Assembly: GCA_964538165.1 (NCBI GenBank)
Contig: CAZIEL010000001.1
Location: 1 to 42,412, forward strand
DNA length: 42,412 nucleotides
Direction of reading: 5' to 3'
Origin: an uncultured archaeon
Lineage (GTDB): Archaea; Iainarchaeota; Iainarchaeia; Iainarchaeales; JAAZKV01
Part shown: piece after piece, positions 18,375 through 27,296 of the stretch
How the letters are laid out: each line of letters begins with the position of its first letter
How positions within the stretch are numbered: the first letter of the stretch is position 1
Translations under genes and position numbers: made by a program
The notes under the pieces: generated by a model
Told to the model about the DNA's origin: nothing
Seen by the model: the letters and a program-made list of their open reading frames with translations, nothing else
Databases searched by the model: none

Positions 18375-18463
18375 CGGGCCTAGAGGGAATCGAACCCTCA
18401 TCTCGGGATTACTTCACTTTTAAATACCGAAGTCCCGCCGGTTATCCATTGCCACATAGGCCC
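18375..18463 (-). tRNA. tRNA-Arg (anticodon UCG) with a 17-nt intron at the canonical 37/38 position
   Basis: The reverse complement folds as acceptor GGGCCUA/UAGGCCC, T arm GAGGG-UUCGAUU-CCCUC and anticodon stem CGGGA/UCCCG, with loop CU-UCG-G[UAUUUAAAAGUGAAGUA]A. Exon ACUUC pairs with intron GAAGU, as expected for a bulge-helix-bulge splice site. No encoded CCA. Confidence 0.8.
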
Positions 18464-18494
18464 AAATTAAAATGAATAGTGCTAACCAAAGAAT

Positions 18495-18511
18495 AAAAGC
18501 CTTGGGCTTTT
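18495..18511. promoter_or_regulatory. perfect palindrome AAAAGCC-TTG-GGCTTTT between divergent tRNA-Arg and the Zn-ribbon gene
   Basis: 7-bp arms with a 3-nt centre, 32-48 nt upstream of the tRNA-Arg 5' end. Confidence 0.3.
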
Positions 18512-18583
18512 CGGTTTTTGGGCATTTTGGGAACGTTTAAAAAGCTTCCAGAAGCAAATTCTATTAGATACTTGGTGAGAAAA

Positions 18584-18739
18584 ATGAAGACATGTACATC
18601 ATGCAATAAAGTTGTAACAACAAAGCACTTAGAGTTCAAGTGCCCAGCTTGCGGAAAAAACACTATCGTTAGATGCGATCACTGCAAAGAAACAGCAAAA
18701 GTATACAAGTGCAAAGAATGCAGTTTTGAAGGCCCATAA
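18584..18739 (+). CDS. Zn-ribbon protein (COG2888-like, conserved partner of aEF-1beta)
   Basis: ATG at 18584 follows GGTGA. The 51-aa protein has four CxxC pairs (CTSC, CPAC, CDHC, CKEC) and lies immediately upstream of EF-1beta, as in many archaea. Confidence 0.7.
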   Translation: MKTCTSCNKVVTTKHLEFKCPACGKNTIVRCDHCKETAKVYKCKECSFEGP

Positions 18740-18774
18740 ATTAAACTTATTTTGAACACACTTTGGTGAAAAAA

Positions 18775-19035
18775 ATGGGAAAAGCAATGGTAATATTTAA
18801 AGTATTCTGTGATCCAGATAAATTGGATGCGGTAGAAGCACATTTGAGAACTATTACTGCTGGAGACTTTAAGGACCTTAAAAGAGAACCAATTGGATTT
18901 GGAATAGAGGTTATTAGAGTAGGATATGTTATCCCTGACAAAGTGGATGGCGCAATGACAAAATTAGAAGAAGCCGTAAAAGCAACACCAAACATTAACG
19001 AAGCAGAAGTAGAAATGGCAACCCTAATTGGATAA
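18775..19035 (+). CDS. ef1b: translation elongation factor aEF-1 beta
   Basis: MGKAMVIFKV...REPIGFGIEVIRVGYVIPDKVDG...AEVEMATLI matches the archaeal EF-1beta pattern (~86 aa). ATG at 18775 follows GGTGA. Confidence 0.85.
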   Translation: MGKAMVIFKVFCDPDKLDAVEAHLRTITAGDFKDLKREPIGFGIEVIRVGYVIPDKVDGAMTKLEEAVKATPNINEAEVEMATLIG

Positions 19036-19103
19036 GCCCCACAACTACTACTTTTTTTAACAAACCAAATAGTAATTTATTACTTATCCTATAGAAACTA
19101 CTT

Positions 19104-21152
19104 ATGATAACTTCCCTAACTTTACAAAACTGGAGAACGCACTCTCAAACAACACTAGAGTTTGGAAAAGGAACAAACGTAATTGTTGGAGTAATGGGCT
19201 CAGGAAAAAGCTCAATAGTTAACGCAATTAGTTATACTCTTTTTGGAAGCTTCCCCTCGCTAAAAAACAGAAGTGTTACGCTTGAAGAAATAATAATGAA
19301 TAAACCAAACCAACAAACAAGAACAGAAACCGGACTTACTTTTGAACAAGATGGAAAAAAATACAAAATTGAAAGAATAATAAAAAAAGATGGAACAAAC
19401 GAAGCAAAACTATATGAAGATGCTAAATTAATTGCGGGCCCAAAACAAAAAGATGTTAATGAAAAAGTTGAAAACCTACTCGGGCTTAATTATGAATTGT
19501 TCTCAAGAGCAGTTTATTCTGAACAAAATGAAATGGACTTCTTTTTGAAACTATCTCCAAGCGAAAGAAAGAAAAAATTTGATGAATTGCTTGAACTTGA
19601 AAAATATGAAGAAGCAAGAAAAAACTCTGTGACACTCCAAAATGACATTCTTAAAGAAAATAAACAAAGAAAAGAATTTATTGAACAACAAAAACAAACA
19701 ATCAAAAGCCACGAAGAAGAAAAACTACTAAAACAAATAGAAGAAGAAAAAAGAGCAATAGAAGAACTCCATAAGGAAATTGAACAAGTAAAAAAAGAAA
19801 GTTTGTTTATCGAAAAAGAATACACTTCTCTTTTTGAAAAAGAAAAGCAAAACAAAATGCTTGAAGACCTTTTTATTAAAATTAATTCAAAATTAGAAAC
19901 CCTAAAAGAAGATATTGCAAAAAGTGAAAAGATTTCCCTAAATGAAGTGGAAGAAGAAAGCAAAAAACTAAAACAAGAACTTATTGTTCTTAGAGAAAAA
20001 CAAATCACAATTGAAAAAACCCACAAAGAGCTGGATATGCTAGTTAAAAAAAACGGAGAAGAAAGAAAAGTTAATGAATATGAGAAAAACAAATTGATTA
20101 TTGAAGAAAAAGGATTAGCAGGATTAAAAGGAAAATGTCCGACTTGCAAACAAGAAATGGATGAAAACCATAAAGGACACTTAATTAAAGAAATTAAAGA
20201 AAAACTAACAATTTGCGAAACGAACATAAAAGAATTTGAAGAACAAAAAAAAGAACTTGATGAAAAAACCAGTAAAGCTGAAAGAGAAAGGGACACATTA
20301 AGAAAAGATATTGATGAAAAAAACAGGATTTTGTTTAAACTAGAGGCCAGCACAAAACAAGCAATGGAAACTGAGATTAAAAAGAAACAATTTATCGAGC
20401 TTAGTGAAGAAATACCCAAAGTAAAAAAACAACTTAACGAACTTGGATTTGATAAAAAGAAACTTGAGACGATTCGTGAAGAATTTTACAAAAAAAAGAG
20501 AGTCTTAGAAGTGGCCGAAATCAAAGCCAAATCAAAAGAGGAAATAAAAAAGAGTTTTGAAGATATCCTGCAAAAAACCTCCAAAATAAAGAAAAGCATA
20601 GAAGAACAAGAAAAACAAGTACTACGCGCAGAAGAAGCGGCAAAAAAAATGAGCGTATTTGGAAACTGCTTAATTGCTACCCAAGTGGAACTAAGAGAAT
20701 CAATGCTTGAAACAATAAATCAAGCAATGACCAATATTTGGGGAGCAATTTACCCTTATAATGATTTTACTGACGCACGACTTTGTGTTGTTGAAGAAGG
20801 GTATGATTTACAAGTACAAACCAGATCAAACGGGTGGGTAAGAGTGGAAGGAATACTTTCTGGAGGAGAAAGAAGTGCTGCGGCATTATGCATTAGAATT
20901 GCCTTTGCACTTGTTCTTACCAAAAAACTATCTATGATAATACTTGATGAACCAACACACAACCTTGACTCAAATGCAGTTACAAAATTAAGTGAAATGT
21001 TAAGAGAAGAAATGCCAAAACTTGTAGAACAAATATTTGTAATAACTCATGATAAACAACTTGAAAATGCAGCAAGCAGTAATCTTTACTTGTTAACAAG
21101 AAACAAAGATAATGATGAATCAACGAAAGTTGACCAAATTCAAACTTACTAA
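19104..21152 (+). CDS. rad50: Rad50 DNA double-strand break repair ATPase (compact, 682 aa)
   Basis: N-terminal Walker A GVMGSGKSS, a long heptad/charged coiled coil with a central CxxC zinc hook (KCPTCKQ, nt 20136-20147), and C-terminal signature LSGGE plus Walker B IILDEPT. Confidence 0.9.
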   Translation: MITSLTLQNWRTHSQTTLEFGKGTNVIVGVMGSGKSSIVNAISYTLFGSFPSLKNRSVTLEEIIMNKPNQQTRTETGLTFEQDGKKYKIERIIKKDGTNEAKLYEDAKLIAGPKQKDVNEKVENLLGLNYELFSRAVYSEQNEMDFFLKLSPSERKKKFDELLELEKYEEARKNSVTLQNDILKENKQRKEFIEQQKQTIKSHEEEKLLKQIEEEKRAIEELHKEIEQVKKESLFIEKEYTSLFEKEKQNKMLEDLFIKINSKLETLKEDIAKSEKISLNEVEEESKKLKQELIVLREKQITIEKTHKELDMLVKKNGEERKVNEYEKNKLIIEEKGLAGLKGKCPTCKQEMDENHKGHLIKEIKEKLTICETNIKEFEEQKKELDEKTSKAERERDTLRKDIDEKNRILFKLEASTKQAMETEIKKKQFIELSEEIPKVKKQLNELGFDKKKLETIREEFYKKKRVLEVAEIKAKSKEEIKKSFEDILQKTSKIKKSIEEQEKQVLRAEEAAKKMSVFGNCLIATQVELRESMLETINQAMTNIWGAIYPYNDFTDARLCVVEEGYDLQVQTRSNGWVRVEGILSGGERSAAALCIRIAFALVLTKKLSMIILDEPTHNLDSNAVTKLSEMLREEMPKLVEQIFVITHDKQLENAASSNLYLLTRNKDNDESTKVDQIQTY

Positions 21153-21862
21153 AAACCCAAAATGTTTCTAACTCTTTTTAATTCATCTTTAATTTCACTA
21201 ACTTTTGAGAAAGGCATGTCTTCCTCAATTACAATTGGAACATCTAACTCCAAAATTGGCTCAATGGAACTTAAAAATGAGCGACCAACTTTTTTGAACG
21301 GAAAGTGATCCCTATGATATCGATTGTTACTAAAATGAACTTGCTTTATTCTACTCTTCCACTTGCCAACAATATATTCGGTTTCTCTTGTTGACCAATC
21401 ATAAGCATGACTAACATCCAAACACAAGCCTAAATCTGAATTATCACGTAATGCGAGCTCAAATCCAAGTCGGGGCCTATTTTTTCCTTTCTTGGGATTA
21501 AGATTCTCTGTTAAAAAATTCAAAGAAGAAATTTTTATAAAATCTTTTGGAAAAATTTGAACTGGATGAGTTATAATGTGTGAAGACCTAATTTTTTTAG
21601 AATAATCCTTTAAGATATTTAACCCATCAATCATTTCTTGCTCAGACATATATTTTAAACTAAAAAGAAAAGGAGAATGAATGCCATTAAATTTAAAACT
21701 TTTCAAAATATCAAATTGAGAGTCATTTAATTTTCTTTCATTAAAATCTTTTCCAAGAGTTAACTCAACCCCATCAACATCCAAAGAACTAATTATCTGA
21801 AAAATATCTTGCTTTTTGATAAGTTGACGCAAATTTCCTGTCGCAAAACAAAGCGCTCGCAT
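21149..21862 (-). CDS. xylose isomerase-like TIM-barrel protein (sugar phosphate isomerase/epimerase / AP endonuclease 2 superfamily)
   Basis: The spacing of conserved His/Glu/Asp segments (GIHSPF, HIITHP, LTENL, LCLDVSHAY, VHFSNN..DH) is typical of this fold. Its stop overlaps the rad50 stop by 4 nt on the opposite strand. Confidence 0.55.
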   Translation of the reverse strand: MRALCFATGNLRQLIKKQDIFQIISSLDVDGVELTLGKDFNERKLNDSQFDILKSFKFNGIHSPFLFSLKYMSEQEMIDGLNILKDYSKKIRSSHIITHPVQIFPKDFIKISSLNFLTENLNPKKGKNRPRLGFELALRDNSDLGLCLDVSHAYDWSTRETEYIVGKWKSRIKQVHFSNNRYHRDHFPFKKVGRSFLSSIEPILELDVPIVIEEDMPFSKVSEIKDELKRVRNILGF

Positions 21863-21902
21863 AGCTAAGCCCCAAAAAAGAAAAATAAGAAATAGAAATT
21901 AT

Positions 21903-22109
21903 TTATTTTAATTTATCTGCTTCTTTTCTTTTTGCAAGTCTAACAATATAGCCTGCTAAAATATTTCTATTAGTTTTTGAAAGCTTAAGATCTTGCATTG
22001 TGTTTAATTCTTTTTTATTCTTATCAAACTTGTCCCCAAACTTTTCTGGAAACTCTTCAAGAAGAACTTCTCCTTCATACTTTATTTTCTTTGCAATTGA
22101 CTTACCCAT
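21903..22109 (-). CDS. rps17e: 30S ribosomal protein S17e
   Basis: MGKSIAKKIK...EEFPEKFGDKFDKNKKEL......RNILAGYIVRLAKR matches the archaeal S17e pattern. 68 aa. Confidence 0.8.
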   Translation of the reverse strand: MGKSIAKKIKYEGEVLLEEFPEKFGDKFDKNKKELNTMQDLKLSKTNRNILAGYIVRLAKRKEADKLK

Positions 22110-22124
22110 TATATCACCAAAAAA

Positions 22125-22334
22125 TTATTCAAATAATTCTATTCTCTTTAACTTACCATTAGGATATTTTCTCAGAATACTTAAAGGCAAAACTTTTTGA
22201 GCCATCTCTTTTTCTGCTACTTCAAGCATATCGAGTTCGCTAGTTCTTTTTACTAAAGGGGGTGCCCCTAAAGATAATTGTAGAGCTCTAGCTGAGAGAA
22301 CCCTAGTAACCTCAAATCTTGTAAACCTTACCAT
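22125..22334 (-). CDS. rpoK: DNA-directed RNA polymerase subunit K (Rpo6/RpoK)
   Basis: MVRFTRFEVTRVLSARALQLSLGAPPLV is the conserved Rpb6/RpoK core. The ORF extends to 22367, but the Met at 22334 (preceded by GGTGG) matches family N-termini. Confidence 0.8.
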   Translation of the reverse strand: MVRFTRFEVTRVLSARALQLSLGAPPLVKRTSELDMLEVAEKEMAQKVLPLSILRKYPNGKLKRIELFE

Positions 22335-22416
22335 TAAGCCACCAGTAACATAATTCATCAAAAACAACCTTTAAAAACTTAGCTCCAAAGGGTCAAAAAT
22401 TGCTAAAAAGAGAATT

Positions 22417-24024
22417 TTAGGCAAAACCCTTAACTAGGTGGCTACTAAACCCAGCTATTTGGGGCTGAGGAAGGTTTTGAGCCATAGCAAAAGATTTAGC
22501 CAATTTTAGAGAAGAAGTGCCTTTTATAAAAGCACTTTGTTTATTTGCATGCAAAACCCTATAACCTTCATTTTCTGAGAATTCTTTAAACTTAGAAAGA
22601 GTGGCTTCTTGAATGGAAATAATGGATCGAGCCAATTGAGTAGAAAAAAAGGATGAACTTTGGCTAGTTAATTGATTAGGAAGTTCACTTAACACTTGCG
22701 AAATCACAGAATACAAAGCAACATCATAATAATAACCAAATTCTTTAATTGAAAACAAATTTGATTCATAAAAATCAATTCTTTTTCTTAAATTAAATAA
22801 ACTAGAATTTGACTCTCTAACTTCTCTTGAAAAAAAACTTTCTTTGTTTAAGCAAAACCAATTTAGTTTGTGATTTGCATCATCTGAATTCCTGCTTGAA
22901 ACCAAAATTGCTTTATTCTCAGAAATTAACCTTTTAGCATCCATTAGCGGAACTAAAACAAAATCGTTCCTAAAAAAAGGGCCAACAGGAAAAGAATTTA
23001 AAAAAAAATCTCTTTTCTTTTGAACTCTGAGTTCTTTCATTTCATTTTCTTCGTGGTAATCTCTCGCAAAACTTTCTGAAGAAGACTCAAAAAAAGAATT
23101 GTCTTCATTAAACTTAATTTTTATTAATGAAGAAGGAAGTAAATTCTTTGAATCCAAAGTAACTGGTTCACAACAAGAACAATTTTTTGTTTCAGGCCCA
23201 ATATTGAAAAAATTGTTTGAGAAAAGATCGGCCCAAATTCTTGAAAAATCAATTTTTGAAAGAACTTCATTCTTACTTCCAATTGGCTCAAACCCAACAC
23301 TTGAAAATATCTTCTCGGATTTATCAAAAGTGATTGGTTCTCCGTGTTTAAAGAAACATTTTTCCAAATACAATTCTACTTTTTCTTCTCTTGATTTGGG
23401 AATTTGTTCCATTGAAACAGAAAGCAAATGACTCCATGCCGCAAGTTCAACTAAATATAATGAATCTTCTTTATTTACCCTTAATGCTTCTTGAAATGAA
23501 ATTTCTTTTGTGAGAAAAAAGCCAAGATCTGCACCCTCCCCAATTTTTTGCACTAAATCTTGACTGTTTTCATCACAAAGAGGATTAGTATAATAAAGCA
23601 CGCCGTCTATTTTTTTAAAAGAATCAAAATAAGACCAATTTTTTTCAACTAAAAAAGATTTTTCTGGCCCAATCACAACAAATTTTTTGTTAATATGCAA
23701 AGCTAAGGCATTACTAATCTTTTTTAAATCCGAAAAATTTAGGGTCCTTAATTTTAGGAAATTATTGTCCTCCTCAACACTAAAACCCTTAAAACCCAAA
23801 GATAAAATTAAAGTTGAAAGCTTTTCTTTTTCAATTGAGCTTGAAATCAAAATAAAAGGAAAAAACTTGTGTCGTTGAACCATTCTTTCTTTTGAATTAG
23901 AAAATTCTACTAAAACCTCATGTTTGGATTCATTGTAAGAAACTTTTGTTAAGTAAAGCAAATCATTTTCTTTTGATTGAGCTTGCGTAACGCTATCTAG
24001 ATTACTCTCTATGTGTTGGGACAT
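22417..24024 (-). CDS. family B DNA polymerase-like protein, truncated and predicted catalytically inactive
   Basis: By-eye alignment to archaeal PolB finds four matching segments. The N-terminal domain pattern is LYLTKVSYNESKHEVLVEF...HKFFPFILI. A motif A-like segment is KIDFSRIWADLFSNNFFNIGPET, versus [20 protein letters not shown]. A motif B remnant is EFGYYY. The pre-motif C helix plus motif C is ARSIISIQEATLSKFKEFSENEGYRVLHANKQSAFIKG, versus [41 protein letters not shown], so DTD becomes NKQ. The protein ends about 40 aa later, so there is no thumb and no KKRY. No Exo I-III motifs are seen. Confidence 0.5.
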   Translation of the reverse strand: MSQHIESNLDSVTQAQSKENDLLYLTKVSYNESKHEVLVEFSNSKERMVQRHKFFPFILISSSIEKEKLSTLILSLGFKGFSVEEDNNFLKLRTLNFSDLKKISNALALHINKKFVVIGPEKSFLVEKNWSYFDSFKKIDGVLYYTNPLCDENSQDLVQKIGEGADLGFFLTKEISFQEALRVNKEDSLYLVELAAWSHLLSVSMEQIPKSREEKVELYLEKCFFKHGEPITFDKSEKIFSSVGFEPIGSKNEVLSKIDFSRIWADLFSNNFFNIGPETKNCSCCEPVTLDSKNLLPSSLIKIKFNEDNSFFESSSESFARDYHEENEMKELRVQKKRDFFLNSFPVGPFFRNDFVLVPLMDAKRLISENKAILVSSRNSDDANHKLNWFCLNKESFFSREVRESNSSLFNLRKRIDFYESNLFSIKEFGYYYDVALYSVISQVLSELPNQLTSQSSSFFSTQLARSIISIQEATLSKFKEFSENEGYRVLHANKQSAFIKGTSSLKLAKSFAMAQNLPQPQIAGFSSHLVKGFA

Positions 24025-24064
24025 GACAATAGAGCAATTTTAGAGACTTAAAAAGACCAAACCA

Positions 24065-24081
24065 ACCAATTTGCCGGTGAT
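24065..24081 (-). promoter_or_regulatory. shared promoter-proximal element (ACCAA-T-TTGCCGGTGAT) upstream of the PolB-like gene
   Basis: 41-57 nt upstream of the start codon at 24024, just distal to a TATA-like box (coding strand CTTTTTAAGT). The 11-mer TTGCCGGTGAT is identical to the one upstream of herA. Confidence 0.45.
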
Positions 24082-24091
24082 GAATAAAAAC

Positions 24092-25630
24092 TCACAAGAA
24101 GGCATTTATTTCGTCTTCCTTTTTCTTTTCATCAGATTGGAAGGCTTTTGCAGCATCTTCTAAAGTGGATTCATGACGACTTGGTTGAGATTTACGCAAT
24201 CTCACTTTAAAGAAAGTTGGGGCACTAACTGCTTCACCAACAATTAATGCTTCTCCAACCCTAAGTGAAGAAATAATTCCAATGCTTGATTTATCTAAAC
24301 CTTCAGAGGATTGAGAAATGTGATCAAGATCGTAAGGGTTAGTAATTCTTAGAATAATATTTGTGTTACAATTTGCAAGAGTTGTTGTATCAAGTCTTTT
24401 TGGTCGTTGAGAAATTACTACAAGTGAGGCTCCAAACTTTCTACCTTCTCTTGCAATAGTTCGTAAGTATGAACGCGCAACTGCATGATCGGCTGCAACC
24501 CCCTCAGGAATAAAATTATGCGCTTCTTCAACAAAAAGAGCAAACGGAGGAATCTTCCTAGAGTGCCCTCTCCTCTCATGAAATAATTTATTTGATAAAT
24601 AAGCAACAAGCACCTGCTTTTTCTTTTCAGAAACAACATTATTCAAATCAATCACAAGCAAATTGCCCGGTTTTACTAAATCAATTACACTAGGCTCATC
24701 AATTTTTGAAAAAAGATTTAATTCTTCAAGTTCTGCAAGCACACCAAATAATGAACTCTGAGTCTTTTCATTTTCAATTGTTTTAATCTCTGCTCTAATT
24801 GCACTCAAGTCAAACGGGCCTGCACCAGAACGCATTTCATCATTTAATCTTGAAAGAATTACTGCAAGCGCCCTTTTTTGGGTAGGGGAGAGTTCAACAA
24901 TACTTGAAAGCATGTGAACATTCACCTTTGAACAAGCAATTTTAATTTTTGACCCATCAATAATTTTTGTAACTGAAGAAAAATCCTTAAACTTTGAAGA
25001 ATCACTTTGTTTTACTGGCTCACCAAAACAAGTATATTCTCCATGCGTATCAATAACTACTACTCCAATTTGACCCTGTTCTTTTTTTCTGGAGAGAAGC
25101 TCTTCTAAAAGAACACTAACAAAATAAGATTTTCCTGCTCCACTAGTTGCAACAATTGCTAAGTGTTTTTGAAGCATTTTAGAAAGATTTACTTTAAGAT
25201 CAACATCATGAAACTGAAGTTTGCCAAGCTCAAGCCCATCAATTTGTAACCCCAAAAATTTCTTTATCTTTTCATTATCAGCAGTATAAATTTTTGTTCC
25301 AGGAGAGGGAGGAAAAGTGGGTCTTTGAATCAAGTTATCTTTAAACACACCAAGTGGTTTGGCATTTGCAATTAAAAATTCCCATTCAGCAGCAGGAAAA
25401 TTCTTTTCAAGTTCTTCTCCCATCACTTTAACTGAATCGGGTCGCTCAAAATAACGGTTTGTTTTTATTACATCCTCAACTAAAAGCATCATTGTTCCTT
25501 CAGAATATTCTAATTCCACAAACATTCCTTTGTGAGCTTTGCCAGCATTAATTACAAAAGAAACTGTTGAAGGAGAAGGACCTTCCATTGTTGAAACAAC
25601 TGTTCCTAATTGATCACGCATAAACATCAA
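24092..25630 (-). CDS. herA: HerA DNA helicase/translocase (FtsK-HerA superfamily ATPase)
   Basis: N-terminal HAS-barrel-like region, Walker A ATSGAGKSY and Walker B LFVEEAHNFIP, with REGRKFG and ISQRP segments typical of HerA/DUF87. 512 aa. Confidence 0.9.
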   Translation of the reverse strand: MMFMRDQLGTVVSTMEGPSPSTVSFVINAGKAHKGMFVELEYSEGTMMLLVEDVIKTNRYFERPDSVKVMGEELEKNFPAAEWEFLIANAKPLGVFKDNLIQRPTFPPSPGTKIYTADNEKIKKFLGLQIDGLELGKLQFHDVDLKVNLSKMLQKHLAIVATSGAGKSYFVSVLLEELLSRKKEQGQIGVVVIDTHGEYTCFGEPVKQSDSSKFKDFSSVTKIIDGSKIKIACSKVNVHMLSSIVELSPTQKRALAVILSRLNDEMRSGAGPFDLSAIRAEIKTIENEKTQSSLFGVLAELEELNLFSKIDEPSVIDLVKPGNLLVIDLNNVVSEKKKQVLVAYLSNKLFHERRGHSRKIPPFALFVEEAHNFIPEGVAADHAVARSYLRTIAREGRKFGASLVVISQRPKRLDTTTLANCNTNIILRITNPYDLDHISQSSEGLDKSSIGIISSLRVGEALIVGEAVSAPTFFKVRLRKSQPSRHESTLEDAAKAFQSDEKKKEDEINAFL

Positions 25631-25662
25631 CTAATCCAAATGTCATATAAAAATACCTCTTA

Positions 25663-25680
25663 GGTAACTTGCCGGTGATC
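25663..25680 (-). promoter_or_regulatory. shared promoter-proximal element (GGTAA-C-TTGCCGGTGAT) upstream of herA
   Basis: 33-50 nt upstream of the herA start at 25630, just distal to a TATA box (coding strand GGTATTTTTATATGA). Confidence 0.45.
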
Positions 25681-25882
25681 ACTTCAACCCAAATTTAATT
25701 TGTCTTTTTTTAACATTCCTTTTTCTAGTATTAACCATTCTTAATTGTCTTAAAGACTTAGCATCTTTAAGCAGTTTTAGGGCAAGTTGTTTTCTTTTAA
25801 TTGACATCCCTGAACGCATGAGTATTGCGTCAGCATCCAAAAGGGTTTGCCGAACCCGATTCTCTAAATTATTTTCTACCAT
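25679..25882 (-). CDS. hypothetical small basic protein
   Basis: The 67-aa ORF overlaps the HAD gene stop by 14 nt and ends 48 nt before herA. Its position in the operon is the only support. Confidence 0.3.
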   Translation of the reverse strand: MVENNLENRVRQTLLDADAILMRSGMSIKRKQLALKLLKDAKSLRQLRMVNTRKRNVKKRQIKFGLK

Positions 25883-26540
25883 TTAACACACCAACCACTT
25901 TTGGCAACTCAAAGAGGGATTTAATTTCAAATTCGGGTTTTATACTTGCATAATCAATTACTTTTCCATTTCTATTAATTAAACAATTGTGCATTCCAAC
26001 ATTTTTTGAGCCGGTTATATCACTACGTAAAGAATCCCCCACCATTATTGCTTCGTTTGGTTTAACTTTAAGTTTATTCAAAATTGTATTAAACGCCACC
26101 GGATCAGGTTTGATTGTTTTTATCTCAAAGCTATAAACAATTTTGTCAAAATAAGTCGGCAAAGAAAGTTTGTTTTCAAGTTCTTTTGATTTAAGACTCT
26201 CAGTATTTGAAAGCAAACCAAGTTTAAATCCATCCGACCTAAGCTTTTTTAGAAATTCCCTAACATCAGGAAAAAAGTTTATTTTATCAAAACGATTAGT
26301 ATAAATTTCATTAATCTCTTCTTGCAACAATACGTTGGGTTCCTCACTAAAAGCATTAAAAAAATCTCCTTTTAACTCTTCAAAAGATTTATATTGTTTT
26401 AATTGAGTGGCAAGTTCATATCGTTCAATAAATTCTGGGAGAGACGCGTGATCTTTTTTTGCTAACTCTGTTAACCTTCCAAAATCAACTGTTGCAGGAA
26501 TTAAGGTATTCCACAAATCAAAAACAATTGCTTTAATCAT
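25869..26540 (-). CDS. HAD-superfamily (subfamily IA-like) hydrolase
   Basis: Motif I VFDLWNTL (nucleophile Asp present, but the D+2 position is Trp), motif II LLSNT and motif IV VGDSLRSDITG. 223 aa. Confidence 0.8.
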   Translation of the reverse strand: MIKAIVFDLWNTLIPATVDFGRLTELAKKDHASLPEFIERYELATQLKQYKSFEELKGDFFNAFSEEPNVLLQEEINEIYTNRFDKINFFPDVREFLKKLRSDGFKLGLLSNTESLKSKELENKLSLPTYFDKIVYSFEIKTIKPDPVAFNTILNKLKVKPNEAIMVGDSLRSDITGSKNVGMHNCLINRNGKVIDYASIKPEFEIKSLFELPKVVGVLNGRK

Positions 26541-26670
26541 CTTTTGCCCCTCTTTAATTTTCTTGCAATTCTTGCCTTTTTCTTTTCAGTTCGACCTCTT
26601 AACACAGAACCCAAATTGTTAAGCAAATATTTTCTATTGGCAGCAATAACTGCTTCAGGTTCTTTAGACT

Positions 26671-27296
26671 GCATAAAATGAATCCTTGAAAGTTCTTGCA
26701 TATCTTTTGCAAAGTATGCTCTTCTTCTTTCTGCTTCAAGTTTAGAGTTAGATAAAAATACTTTACGCGGAAGAGCACTCATAAATCTTCTATTAACTAT
26801 TGTTCTTTCTCCCTTTGAAGAAAGAATTTGCCCAAGTGCATTAGCATGCATTGAACCAACAACAACATAAACTGGTTTTCCTTTTTTTGCATTAATTGTA
26901 TTACGAATAATTGAAGCCATATTCTCTTCACGCTTAATGCTTGCGCTTGTAACCCAAAGGAAACGATCAAAATCAGATTTTATTCTATTTACTCCTTTCA
27001 TGAAAGAATATTCTGAAGAAAAAGTTTCAAGGTTAATTACCTTAAATGCTTTTGATCTTGCAACATCAGCAAGTTCAATTAACGAAGAAAAATTTGAGAA
27101 CAAAACATTCAAGTACTTGTCACCATACATTCGTTTTGCCCTTGCAACATTCTCAGCCAAATACTTTGGAGGAGAAACTTTAAGCAAGCTATTATTTGCA
27201 TGAGCCTCCCCAACCGCAAGAGCAAAATCAAAAAGTTCTTTACTCCCTTCAACACAAACCGTAGATCCATTCGGGAGAGAATGCAAGTACGAAAGT
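26671..27296. repeat. tandem direct repeat, copy 1 (626 bp)
   Basis: Identical base-for-base, by eye, to 27297..27922. The antisense ORFs 26937..27203 and 27563..27829 give identical 88-aa translations. Confidence 0.9.

Noticed and set aside
19514-20419. 301-aa minus-strand ORF rich in S/F/L/I.
   Set aside because: It lies entirely antisense to the rad50 coiled-coil region. Its composition is the mirror image of the K/E-rich sense codons (AAA/GAA -> TTT/TTC), and it has no motifs. It is a shadow ORF.
21149-21862. Candidate for the missing Mre11, because it lies next to rad50.
   Set aside because: It lacks the calcineurin-like phosphoesterase motifs (DxH, GDxxDR, GNHD/E). Its motif spacing fits a xylose isomerase-like TIM barrel, and it is convergent with rad50.
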